The notes: generated from the sequence alone by a model not told the origin. 64,000 nucleotides of DNA from Terriglobia bacterium (GCA_963664115.2 CAXWPJ010000005.1:128001-192000), one strand, 5' to 3'; counted from the stretch's first letter, positions 41,364 through 50,615 are shown. Made by a program: numbers and translations.

Positions 41364-41867
41364 ATGCAACAGATTTCTCCCATCGCACGCAACAGCTCGG
41401 GCACTGCGACCGACGGCTCGGGTGCGGCCAAACGGACCAACGGACGATCCAATCGACTCAGCGTCGTCACTAGCCAGAGGGTGGAGTTCCACGACCTTAC
41501 CTCGCGGGTTGAGGCCGCTGTCAAGGCCAGTGGTATCGGTTCCGGCACCGTGACGGTTCGGTCCATGCACACAACCGCGGCCGTATTCCTCAACGAGTGG
41601 CAGGAAGCTTTACTGGCGGACTGTCAGCGGCTCTTCGAGTTGCTGGTGCCGGACGGAAAGGACTGGAGGCACAACGATCCCCGATACTCCGATTGTCAGC
41701 GGGGCAACGCCGCGGCCCATCTGCGAGCGTTGCTTCTTGGTTCATCTGTATCGTTGCCTGTGCGCGACGGCCAGATCGAGCGCGGAACCTGGCAGTCGAT
41801 CATCTTCGCGGAGTTGGACGGGCCGCTAAACCGGTCTGTCGCGGTTGAAATCCGCGGACAGTTCTAA
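41364..41867 (+). CDS. YjbQ/UPF0047 family protein
   Basis: HTTAAVFLNE, NAAAHL, GTWQSI.FAELDG. Confidence 0.88.
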   Translation: MQQISPIARNSSGTATDGSGAAKRTNGRSNRLSVVTSQRVEFHDLTSRVEAAVKASGIGSGTVTVRSMHTTAAVFLNEWQEALLADCQRLFELLVPDGKDWRHNDPRYSDCQRGNAAAHLRALLLGSSVSLPVRDGQIERGTWQSIIFAELDGPLNRSVAVEIRGQF

Positions 41868-42039
41868 TGGCAGTGGCGATAGGGTTCGCCATTCCCTGCG
41901 CAAGGCGAATTACCAATCAATCGGGCAATCCATATCTGCTGTGGGCTTCGTTTCGGCGCGGAAGGTGACTCACAGGGGGTTATACCGCTCTGGAACCCCA
42001 CCATCACCCTCATCAATCATCAACAACGGAGGCAAGCTC

Positions 42040-42441
42040 ATGCGAACAGGTAGAGTCGATACCACGTACCGATCTGCCGTCGGCCTTGCGCTTGCGGGGG
42101 CATTCCTTCTCTTCTGGGTGAACGGTGCCGTAGGCATCATCGGGGATGAGGACAACGTCGCTAACTTGATGTACGGCGGGGTGCTCGCCGTGGGTCTCAT
42201 CGGTGCCATCATCGCGCACTTCCAGCCACATGGAATGACACGCGCGTTGTTCGCGACGGCGCTCGCTCAGTCCTTGGTCGCCGTGATCGCGCTGGTCGCC
42301 GGGTTGGGTCACCCGGTGACCTCGCCGGGGGAGATATTGATGCTGAACGGGTTCTTCGTCGCTCTGTGGGTCGGATCGGCCTGGCTGTTTCGGTCCGCTG
42401 CGATTAAGCGCAACAGGCCTGGGCAGGTGATCTCGAACTGA
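42040..42441 (+). CDS. Hypothetical four-TM membrane protein
   Basis: GGAGG RBS; WVNGAVGIIG.EDN.AN; four hydrophobic segments. Confidence 0.75.
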   Translation: MRTGRVDTTYRSAVGLALAGAFLLFWVNGAVGIIGDEDNVANLMYGGVLAVGLIGAIIAHFQPHGMTRALFATALAQSLVAVIALVAGLGHPVTSPGEILMLNGFFVALWVGSAWLFRSAAIKRNRPGQVISN

Positions 42442-42590
42442 TTGCTGACCATAGAGGCCACAGTTCGACCGTAGCCCAGGTTATTCGGCCGGCGGCATCT
42501 GATCTAAGCGAGAGCGCATACAGGGCTATGGTAATTCCACGGGGTTTGGACCCACGTAGTCCGGAGCACGTGTCTCCGCGTTCATTGTTG

Positions 42591-43436
42591 CTACTCCAGG
42601 CTTCTGTAGATGCTGTCGAGGAAGCGCTCCCCGTTTCCGGACCAAGAGGCGTAAGCCGCGAGTACCCCTTCCTCCTGAATCTGTTCCGAGCTCCGTCCGG
42701 CGGAATGCTTTTCTCTTACCATTTCAATGGATTCTTCGAGCATGCGGTGAAAACGTCGCAGGTCGTCGACATCCGCCCTTGCCGGCCCGTGTCCCGGAAT
42801 GATTCTGGCGTCAGGAGCGACCTGGCTGAGAACGTCGCCGATATTGTCGGTGTAACCGATCGCGTTTCCGCCTCCGTCGATATCGATGAACGGAAAGGTT
42901 TCCACCCAGAAGTGATCACCCATGTGAACGACGTTGGACCCGGTAAAGAAAACGATGACGTCGCCATCCGTGTGTCCGGTCGGATAGTGCACGAGCCGGA
43001 TTTCTTCACCGTTCAGGTGCAATGACACGTCATCATCGATCGTGATCGTCGGCCACGCACCTTGAGGTTGATCCAGAAGACGCCGCCGCACATTGCTATG
43101 CGCGATAATCGGGGCCAGACTGCCGAAAAACTCATTGCCGCCTGTGTGGTCCCCATGGAAATGCGTGTTCACGACAAAGCGGAGGTTTCCTTCGCTGATA
43201 TCGGAGAGCGCGGACTCGATCCTCGGCGCAAGAGGGGCAAACTGGTCGTCCACAATAAGGATTCCATCCTCTCCTGCCGACACACCGATGTTCCCGCCAC
43301 TCCCTTCGATAACGTGGATCGGACCTGTCAAAGACGTCGTCCGGATCTCGATGTCATCGAAGTTTCGCTGAGCTACGATTCGAGCGCTGAAAGTGGCGAA
43401 CAGAGCGCAACACACAATCACCCAGATCTTCTTCAT
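42591..43436 (-). CDS. Exported MBL-fold metallo-hydrolase (cyclase-like)
   Basis: NTHFHGDHTGGN, GHTDGD, HMGD, IIPGHG. Confidence 0.9.
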   Translation of the reverse strand: MKKIWVIVCCALFATFSARIVAQRNFDDIEIRTTSLTGPIHVIEGSGGNIGVSAGEDGILIVDDQFAPLAPRIESALSDISEGNLRFVVNTHFHGDHTGGNEFFGSLAPIIAHSNVRRRLLDQPQGAWPTITIDDDVSLHLNGEEIRLVHYPTGHTDGDVIVFFTGSNVVHMGDHFWVETFPFIDIDGGGNAIGYTDNIGDVLSQVAPDARIIPGHGPARADVDDLRRFHRMLEESIEMVREKHSAGRSSEQIQEEGVLAAYASWSGNGERFLDSIYRSLE

Positions 43437-43771
43437 ACCTTTCTCCCGAGCTGAAACATAAACGGCCTCAAACGAGGGCCCCACACACTCCATGCTGACC
43501 CAGTGGAAAGCGGCTGTCGCAGTGAACCCTTGGGGTGGGGAATTTCATGAATACCCGCGTGTCAGAACGAAACGTCAAAAAGCTGGAGGAAGTCTATAGA
43601 ATGGGTGGATTGGAATCAATGAAATGTCAAGGTTCCCGACGAGGACTGGGAGGCGTCGGGAATAGATTTCACAGGGTGATCGGGAGGATCGACCCCGCTA
43701 TCGCTCTATAGACCTGGCCCGATAGCGTCTCCCTCGCCGGTCAGCTCACCACTTCGAAATGGCTGCTACTG

Positions 43772-45307
43772 TCATTTTCTCTCACCCTCGAAGATCAAGT
43801 GGTCATCGACGCCCCGGGATGGGGCCGGTGAAAACGGTCCGCCCACAACACGGCGAACCGCGTCCAAATCGGCATCCGCCCCCGGCGGCGGTTCCGTCCC
43901 GAGACTCACCGCTATCGTGACGAGAAAGCCGGCCCCGAATCCGGGGATCATCTCGTACAGGTCGTAGAATCGCTCTTTGAAGATCAACACCCAGACCACG
44001 GTTGTGATGAATCCTGCGATCATGCCCCAGATGGCCCCCGCCCTGGTGGTGCGCTTCCAGAACAACGAGCAGAGAACCACGGGTGTAAATGCCGACGCCA
44101 GACCCGACCAGGCAAACAGGACAAACCAGAAGATCGTTCGACTCTCCCCGAGCGCGGTGATCAGACCGCCCAGACCGATGAGAATGGTCACCGCTTTTCC
44201 GAGCGCAGCAAGTTTAAGATCGGAAAGATCGGGTTTAAAAACCTGCTGAACGACGTCTCTGACCACCGCCGAGGAGGCCAGGATCAGCAGCGAGTCCACA
44301 GTCGACATGATGGCGGCCAGAACTACCACGAGTATGATTCCGGTCAGGACAGGCGGGAAGAGCGTCGTGGACATGACAGGCAGAACTGTTTCCGGATCCT
44401 CCAGACCCGGGAAGAGAAAACGACCGGCGATCCCCGTCAACACGGCGCCGATATCGAACACGACAATGCAAACGACGGCGATCGGACCGGCCCTGAGAAT
44501 CTGAACCCGGTCCCGGGCCGACATGAATCGCGTCAGCAACTGCGGCGCTCCCAGGAAAGCCAGACCGATTCCTGCGAAGCCGATGGCACTCGCGACTCCA
44601 GCAACGGACAATCCATAGCTACCCATTGGAGTCAGCAGCGCCGGATCTATTGCGGCGATGCCGCCCATGAGCTCGCGCCATCCGCCTGCTTGCCAGATCC
44701 CGACGATCGGAAGCAGCAGCAGGCTAGCAAACATGAGCACGCCTTGCACAAGGTCGCTGTAGGCAACCGCCTTGAACCCACCGATTGAAGTGTAGAGGAG
44801 AATCACGATGGCGCCGATGACGACACCCCCTTCGTAGCTCGTCCCCACGAAGGATGAGAAGGCTTTGCCCGACGCAGTGAGCTGGGCCGCCGTGTAGGCG
44901 CCCACCATCGTAAGGATGATGATGGCGCTGACCACACGAATCGTGTGGCTACGGTCCCCGAATCGATCGCTCAGGTAGTCGGGAACCGTGATCGCGTCAT
45001 AGCGATCCGTGAGTGTCTTAAAGGGACGGGCCACAACGGACCAGGCGAGGGCCACGCCCAACACCTCACCGAGAACGATCCACAGGGCGTGAAAGCCGAC
45101 CATGTAGCCCATCCCGGTCAGGCCCAGCAGGAGCCAGGCGCTCTCACCCGTGGTGTTGGCCGAAAAAGCGATGACCCAGGATGGAAGAGTCTTATCGGCG
45201 AGATAGTAGCCGGCGACCGACTTCGTATCCCGGCTCGCCCACCATCCGATTCCGATGAGGATCATGAAGTAGACGATGAGGACCCCGATCACCTCAGCTT
45301 CAGCCAT
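43772..45307 (-). CDS. putP: Sodium/proline symporter-like SSS transporter
   Basis: SAWLLLGLTG, GGFKAVAYSD, LAAIMSTVDS, FAWSGL; about 13 TMs. Confidence 0.85.
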   Translation of the reverse strand: MAEAEVIGVLIVYFMILIGIGWWASRDTKSVAGYYLADKTLPSWVIAFSANTTGESAWLLLGLTGMGYMVGFHALWIVLGEVLGVALAWSVVARPFKTLTDRYDAITVPDYLSDRFGDRSHTIRVVSAIIILTMVGAYTAAQLTASGKAFSSFVGTSYEGGVVIGAIVILLYTSIGGFKAVAYSDLVQGVLMFASLLLLPIVGIWQAGGWRELMGGIAAIDPALLTPMGSYGLSVAGVASAIGFAGIGLAFLGAPQLLTRFMSARDRVQILRAGPIAVVCIVVFDIGAVLTGIAGRFLFPGLEDPETVLPVMSTTLFPPVLTGIILVVVLAAIMSTVDSLLILASSAVVRDVVQQVFKPDLSDLKLAALGKAVTILIGLGGLITALGESRTIFWFVLFAWSGLASAFTPVVLCSLFWKRTTRAGAIWGMIAGFITTVVWVLIFKERFYDLYEMIPGFGAGFLVTIAVSLGTEPPPGADADLDAVRRVVGGPFSPAPSRGVDDHLIFEGERK

Positions 45308-45449
45308 CGTCGCTCTGTCCTCGTCCGTGGCCGGTGTCGGGACCTTCGGCCCTTGAGTGGATTCTGTAATTAACCAGAACCAGGATCAGGCCCAGCAAGG
45401 TCGCCGCTGCCATCAGGATCCACGTGGGGAAGGGAAGACCTGCGATCAT
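45300..45449 (-). CDS. 49-aa single-TM protein, probable small partner of the SSS transporter
   Basis: ATGA overlap with the aminotransferase stop and overlap with the putP start; MIAGLPFPTWILMAAATLLGLILVLVNYRIHS... Confidence 0.7.
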   Translation of the reverse strand: MIAGLPFPTWILMAAATLLGLILVLVNYRIHSRAEGPDTGHGRGQSDDG

Positions 45450-46756
45450 CGTTCCGCGTTGTCCACCGCCGTGCATGCGCGGGAAAACCGCCCGAGCGCC
45501 TCGTCGATCTCGTCCTCCGAAATCAGCAACGACGGACCCAGGCGGATGACCTGCCCATAGAGGCCGCCGATGCCAACGAGGAGTCGCTCATCCTTGCTCC
45601 GGTGGAGCAAGGCTTTGGCCAGATCCGGGGCGGGCTCCTTCGTCGACGGATCTCGCACCAGCTCCAGAGCCTGCATCAGCCCCATGCCCCGGACCTCTCC
45701 GATCCAAGGGTATTCGGCTGCTATCGTTTCCAGACCCCGGCGCAGTTGATCACCTCTCTCCCGGGCACGGACCGGGACGTTCTCCGCCCGCATCACATCC
45801 AACACGGCCGCCATCGCGGCCATGCAAACAGGATTTCCACCGAAGGTGGAAATGCTTTTACCCTGCCAACTGCCGGCGACCGCATCCGTGGTTATCGTGG
45901 CCCCGACCGGCAGACCCCCGGCGACCCCTTTCGCTACGACCAGGATGTCTGGAATCACGTCCCAATGCTCGACCCCGAACCAGTGATCCCCCGTGCGGCC
46001 AAAGCCGGTCTGGACTTCGTCCGAGATGAAGAGCCCTCCGTAAGATCGGATCACTTCGGCCATTCGTTTGAAATACCCGGGCGGCGGGACTATGTAGCCA
46101 CCGACGCCCAGCAGGGTCTCGGCGATAAAAGCGGCGGGCTGTCCATTGGTCGTGGTCTCGATGACCTCGATGAGATCGTTGGCGTAGATCTCGACCAGGG
46201 CCTCATCGGACACATCGCCGAAGGCCGCACGGTAAGGGTAGGGCGCCAGGGCATGGCTGATGCCCGCCACGTTACTCGGCAATGGCCGCCACGGTGCCTG
46301 GGCCGTTAATGAAGTGGGGGTCCGGCCATGGTACCCGTGGCGCAGGGCCACGATTTCACTGCGACCCGTGTGCAATCGCGCAGCGATCAGCGCCGTCTCG
46401 ATCGCTTCGCTTCCGCTGTTGGTGAAGAAGGTACGGTTGAGGTTCCCGGGGGTGATCGCCCCGAGACGCCGCGCCGCTTCTACCTGTTTCGCTGTCACAT
46501 ACAGGGTCGAGACATGGCCCAGTCGCGACACCTGCTCCTGCACCGCCGACACCACAGCGGGATGGCAGTGCCCCAACGAGGTCGTCAGGATGCCCGCAAA
46601 GAGATCCAGGTATTCTTCGCCGTCGACGTCTTTCACCCAGCTGCCGGAACCCTCATCGAGAGCGAGAGGCTCATCATACAGAGGCTGCACGCAGTCAAAA
46701 AGATATTTCCGCTGTTGGGCGAACAATGCCGCTGCATGCGACGCGAGGGTTGCCAT
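45446..46756 (-). CDS. Class III PLP aminotransferase (AGXT2/GABA-AT-like)
   Basis: FTNSGSEA, YHG, DEVQTGFGRTG, AKG, TFGGNP. Confidence 0.93.
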   Translation of the reverse strand: MATLASHAAALFAQQRKYLFDCVQPLYDEPLALDEGSGSWVKDVDGEEYLDLFAGILTTSLGHCHPAVVSAVQEQVSRLGHVSTLYVTAKQVEAARRLGAITPGNLNRTFFTNSGSEAIETALIAARLHTGRSEIVALRHGYHGRTPTSLTAQAPWRPLPSNVAGISHALAPYPYRAAFGDVSDEALVEIYANDLIEVIETTTNGQPAAFIAETLLGVGGYIVPPPGYFKRMAEVIRSYGGLFISDEVQTGFGRTGDHWFGVEHWDVIPDILVVAKGVAGGLPVGATITTDAVAGSWQGKSISTFGGNPVCMAAMAAVLDVMRAENVPVRARERGDQLRRGLETIAAEYPWIGEVRGMGLMQALELVRDPSTKEPAPDLAKALLHRSKDERLLVGIGGLYGQVIRLGPSLLISEDEIDEALGRFSRACTAVDNAER

Positions 46757-46995
46757 CAGCTGTTTCCAGGGTTCGAGTTTATTGTTGGGGCACTAATCGA
46801 CGTCATTCCATCAATTTCCTACGGACCGGGGATGAGACGATGAGACAAGGTCCGACGCCCTCACCAGTGAGAGAGCCCGATTGTAACCAGATTTTTCTAC
46901 AGTCGTGCGCAAAAAACCGCCGCAAGACACGGTTCAGAGTTAAACCGGATGCAGAGACGAGGCTTTCCGGATTGCCCCCTGGCGTGGGCCCCGGC

Positions 46996-48018
46996 CTAAT
47001 CGAAGATCGACTTCGCGATCTTCGCGTGGATGCCCTTGGTCCCGTCCACAAGCTGCGTCACGGCCAGGTCCATGGCCAGTGAACAGAGGATGTAGGCGGT
47101 CCCTCGTTCCAGTCCCTTTTCGGTAACCAGGAAATCGATCATTTCGCGCGTGGCCATCTGTGCCGCCGTATCCAGGTCCGGGTGCAATCCCATCGTGATG
47201 AAGTGGGTGGGCGTTTCCGCCCGCGGCCGCGTGAGCGAGAGGTCCTTGTGCAGAATGATACGGACCGTCCCGCGCAGGGAAGTCTCCAGGGCCGTCAGCG
47301 CGACTTCACCGTCGCCCTGTAAAGCGTGGCCGTCGCCGAACGAGATCAGGGCGCCGGGGACATGGACCGGCAGGTACAGCGTCGAGCCTGCGACGAGGTC
47401 CTTGTTGTCGAGGTTGCCCACATGGTGGCCCGGCGGGTTGGTATTGATACGGCCGAGAATCGGGTGCGGGCCGACGCCGATGGAACCAAAAAAGGGGGCG
47501 AGTTGGAGCGTGATGCCCGGAGCGAAGTCCACCGTGCCGGTTTCGGGATCGAAGCGTGTGAATTTCAACTCTGTGTAGGGGAAATCGTCCGGGAGCGTTC
47601 CCGCTCCCGGCACAAAAGCACTCACGCCGAAAGGATGGAGGAACTCGAAGCCCAGGATCTGCACCTCGAGCACATCTCCGGGCTCGGCCCCCGCAACGTA
47701 GATCGGGCCCGTCATCGGATGGGCGCCCGGACCTCGATCCTGTATGGCGTCCTCGACCACTTTCAGTGCCTCCGGTATTTCATCTTCGGGGGCGCCGGAG
47801 AGTCGAAGCCGTCCCAGCCCCCCGGCCAGAAGCGTTTCCACGCGAACGGTGTCGCCGGATGCGATCGTCAGCACCGGAGGCAGGCTGCCGTCGTAGTAGC
47901 CCCAGTGAACCCGTTCCGGAGTCACCTCCAGATCGTGGGTTTGTTGAAAAGCCTCTGCTGACGCGCTCGTCAGCCCTAAGAATGCTGTCAAAAGCACAAG
48001 CCGGGAGACATATTTCAT
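46996..48018 (-). CDS. Exported acetamidase/formamidase family protein
   Basis: HPMTGPIYVAGAEPGDVL, GNLD, GDGHALQGDGEV. Confidence 0.9.
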   Translation of the reverse strand: MKYVSRLVLLTAFLGLTSASAEAFQQTHDLEVTPERVHWGYYDGSLPPVLTIASGDTVRVETLLAGGLGRLRLSGAPEDEIPEALKVVEDAIQDRGPGAHPMTGPIYVAGAEPGDVLEVQILGFEFLHPFGVSAFVPGAGTLPDDFPYTELKFTRFDPETGTVDFAPGITLQLAPFFGSIGVGPHPILGRINTNPPGHHVGNLDNKDLVAGSTLYLPVHVPGALISFGDGHALQGDGEVALTALETSLRGTVRIILHKDLSLTRPRAETPTHFITMGLHPDLDTAAQMATREMIDFLVTEKGLERGTAYILCSLAMDLAVTQLVDGTKGIHAKIAKSIFD

Positions 48019-48194
48019 TTTCAATATCCAATCGTTTGATGGTTTTGCTTTCCAGGAATCTGTCGTCAAAGTGCAGCATGCTCTGAGAAAACTGCTGGCA
48101 GAGCCTGCACCCACCTCGTCCTTGCCGAGAGCAGACCGGATCGTGTAGTGGCCTGGCCGGCCATTTCTACAACGGGTCGTGTTGACAGCCAACA

Positions 48195-48506
48195 CTAACC
48201 GCCGTAAATGCTCCCGAATGCCTGGGACAACATGATCGCGATGAACAGCCCTCCGGCTCCGACCAGGAGGACGTCACGCGTCCGGCGAAGCTCAAACGCT
48301 CCAACACGGGAAATGAGCATGTATGCGACGATCAGATTGAGAGCGGCCCAGAGGACATTAACCAACGCACCCGACTCGCCCTGACCCGGTGGCGAAGCAA
48401 ACGGGGTCGGAAACGGACGGCCCGAGAGGCCGTTAATGAAGTGTGGCAGCGCGTTTACGAAAAAGGCCCCGCCAAAAAAATGTGCAACATAGACATACCA
48501 GCGCAT
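48195..48506 (-). CDS. Small hypothetical membrane protein
   Basis: AAGGAG RBS; NALPH...G.PFPTPFASPPG.G.S...NVLW. Confidence 0.75.
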   Translation of the reverse strand: MRWYVYVAHFFGGAFFVNALPHFINGLSGRPFPTPFASPPGQGESGALVNVLWAALNLIVAYMLISRVGAFELRRTRDVLLVGAGGLFIAIMLSQAFGSIYGG

Positions 48507-48523
48507 TGCTCTCTCCTTTATCT

Positions 48524-48595
48524 TTATGGCACCGGCACCCCTTCCTTCAGTTCTTCAAACCCGCTCAGGACAACTTTGATTCGGGGCCGGGCGGT
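48524..48595 (-). pseudogene. Second C-terminal remnant of a kinase-PD40 paralogue
   Basis: Encodes TARPRIKVVLSGFEELKEGVPVP-stop versus EIIVVLNWLEELKERVPVP. Confidence 0.75.
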
Positions 48596-48596
48596 T

Positions 48597-48622
48597 TACG
48601 AGCGGGATCGATCCCGCTCGTA
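48597..48622. repeat. Perfect 26-bp palindrome
   Basis: TACGAGCGGGATC-GATCCCGCTCGTA with no spacer. Confidence 0.9.
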
Positions 48623-48639
48623 TTGAAACGGATCCAACT

Positions 48640-49140
48640 TTAGCTGCCGCCGACAACCGCGGTCGCCTTGACCTCCAGCAGCATGCCCGGACGCGCGAAG
48701 CCCACGACGGTAATCAACGCGCTCGACGGATAGTGTCCGGGTTCGAACTTCGTCGCTCGTATGTCGATGAACGGATCTCCATAGCGCGTATCACCGATGT
48801 AGACCGTCATTGTCACGATGTCGGCCAGCGTACCGCCAAATGTCGCCAGCCTCTCCTCGATCACTCTGAAAATCTCGTGGGTCTGCGCCTCGAAGTCTCC
48901 CATAATCGAATTCCCGTCCGCATCTTCCGTCGCCGTTACGCCCGCGAGCCAGACTGTCTTGCCCCCCTCGGTCGCAACGGCGGGAGAGAATGCCCGACCC
49001 TCCGTCCAATCCAAAGTCAGGTACTCCCGTGAAACGGCCCCCGCGTCCTGGGCATTCGCTGATCCCGGTAGCGTCAAAGTTGGAACGAGTATCGCCAGCA
49101 GCATCAAGCAGACTTTCTCTACAATGGTTTTGGCGTTCAT
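48640..49140 (-). CDS. RidA/YjgF family protein with signal peptide
   Basis: FSPAV, WLAG, DFEAQT, IVTMTVY, LLEVKATAV. Confidence 0.85.
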   Translation of the reverse strand: MNAKTIVEKVCLMLLAILVPTLTLPGSANAQDAGAVSREYLTLDWTEGRAFSPAVATEGGKTVWLAGVTATEDADGNSIMGDFEAQTHEIFRVIEERLATFGGTLADIVTMTVYIGDTRYGDPFIDIRATKFEPGHYPSSALITVVGFARPGMLLEVKATAVVGGS

Positions 49141-49282
49141 GCTGAGTCTCCTCCGTATTTGTTTCTTATTTCGATGCGATCGGTGCGAGCCTGAATTTCT
49201 TTGTTTTCCTGTGTCCCGAAGTGAAGCGCGAAAATGTGGATAAATCTAACTACAGGAGAGGTTTATACGCAAGAAAAGTCTC

Positions 49283-49310
49283 GCCCCTCTTAAACGACAT
49301 CGTCGGAAGT
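49283..49310 (-). other. dif-like site D
   Basis: Minus strand ACTTCCGACGA-TGTCGT-TTAAGAGGGGC; spacer identical to site A. Confidence 0.5.
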
Positions 49311-49341
49311 TCAGAAAGAGTCTGAATACGGGGGTTTTTCG

Positions 49342-49373
49342 ATTTCCGACAAGACGACTTGTCAGATTTGAGA
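49342..49373 (+). other. dif-like site E
   Basis: ATTTCCGACAA-GACGAC-TTGTCAGATTT-GAGA; inverted relative to D, 31 bp away. Confidence 0.6.
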
Positions 49374-49577
49374 TTCGAATATAGCTACTTTGCAATTAAA
49401 AATGTGCTGATGCAGTATGGTCCCAGAATAACTTGATCCGAGTCATCCTGGGGCGCAAGATCTATTGCGCTTCGGCAAAACCGTCAGCCATACCCGCTGA
49501 CGCCGGGCTGTTCTCGAGGATTGGTGCAGCCCAGCGTCAGATCGGAGTATTGCATGATCTTTTGCGAAGGGGTTGTA

Positions 49578-50615
49578 ATGATAAATAGAAGAGCTGTTTT
49601 GTTACTTCTTGGTCTTCTGTGCGTTCCTGGTACGAATTACGCGCACCATAGCGTTGGAGCGACTTTCGATGTCAGTCAGATCATCGAAGTGGAAGGAATC
49701 ATTACGGCGGTCCGTTGGCGCAATCCTCACGTGCTGTTCACGGTTGGAGTCAGGGAAGGTAACGGCCGAGAAGAGCTCTGGCAAATTCAATCGAACTCGG
49801 TGAGTATTTTGCGGCGTATGGACGTCTCAAGTGATGTTTTCAGGGTCGGAGAACGGGTTCGGGTGGCGGGTAATCCGGGACGACAAAGCGGAAATCAACT
49901 GTATGCCCGTAACCTGCTGTTGCCGGGCGCGGAAGAAGTCCTGATGAGCCCCGGATCGGAACCGCGCTGGGACGGCGAAACGATTGGCAGCTCTGAAACC
50001 TGGTTCGCTGACTCGGGCGACGGCTCGGATCCGGCCAGTGGTATCTTCCGTGTATGGAGTACGCCGCTTGGACCACGTCGCTCCGGACTTGGATTCTGGA
50101 ACGCGAGCTATCCCTTAACAGCTGAGTCCCGGACTGCAGTTGCGGCCTACGACCCGGTAGACGACAGCCCGATTCTCAACTGTGCCCCCAAAGGCATGCC
50201 GACCATCATGGAGCAACCCTATCCGATGGAGTTTGTCGAACAGGATCAGGCGATTCTGCTCCGGCTCGAAGAATACGACACGATTCGCACGATCCACCTG
50301 GATGCTGAACCCGAAATAGCGGAACAGCCTGCCACGCATTTGGGCCACTCAGTTGGCCACTGGGAGGACCGGACCCTGGTTGTAGCAACAAGCGGTATCA
50401 GCTGGGGCTACTTCAACGTCGTCCTCGGCATACCCCAGAGCGATGCCGCGGATCTGGTGGAGCGCTTCACTCCCAGCGCGGATGGCAGCCGCCTGGACTA
50501 CACCATGACCTTGACAGATCCGGCAACCTTCACCGAGCCGGTCGTGCTCGAAAAGTACTGGCTGTGGCTCCCGGATGTACGAGTCGAACCTTACGAATGC
50601 ACGGTGTCGGAATAG
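49578..50615 (+). CDS. Fusion of DUF6152 domain and its partner domain
   Basis: YA-HHS..FD, WRNPH, then CAPKGMP, RTIHLD, GHSVGHWEDRTLVV, LVERF, DPATFTEP. Confidence 0.82.
   Translation: MINRRAVLLLLGLLCVPGTNYAHHSVGATFDVSQIIEVEGIITAVRWRNPHVLFTVGVREGNGREELWQIQSNSVSILRRMDVSSDVFRVGERVRVAGNPGRQSGNQLYARNLLLPGAEEVLMSPGSEPRWDGETIGSSETWFADSGDGSDPASGIFRVWSTPLGPRRSGLGFWNASYPLTAESRTAVAAYDPVDDSPILNCAPKGMPTIMEQPYPMEFVEQDQAILLRLEEYDTIRTIHLDAEPEIAEQPATHLGHSVGHWEDRTLVVATSGISWGYFNVVLGIPQSDAADLVERFTPSADGSRLDYTMTLTDPATFTEPVVLEKYWLWLPDVRVEPYECTVSE

Noticed and set aside
27673-49373. Integron attC or CRISPR interpretation of the dispersed repeats
   Set aside because: No RYYYAAC/GTTRRRY ends, mixed orientations, no regular spacers, and no intI or cas genes.
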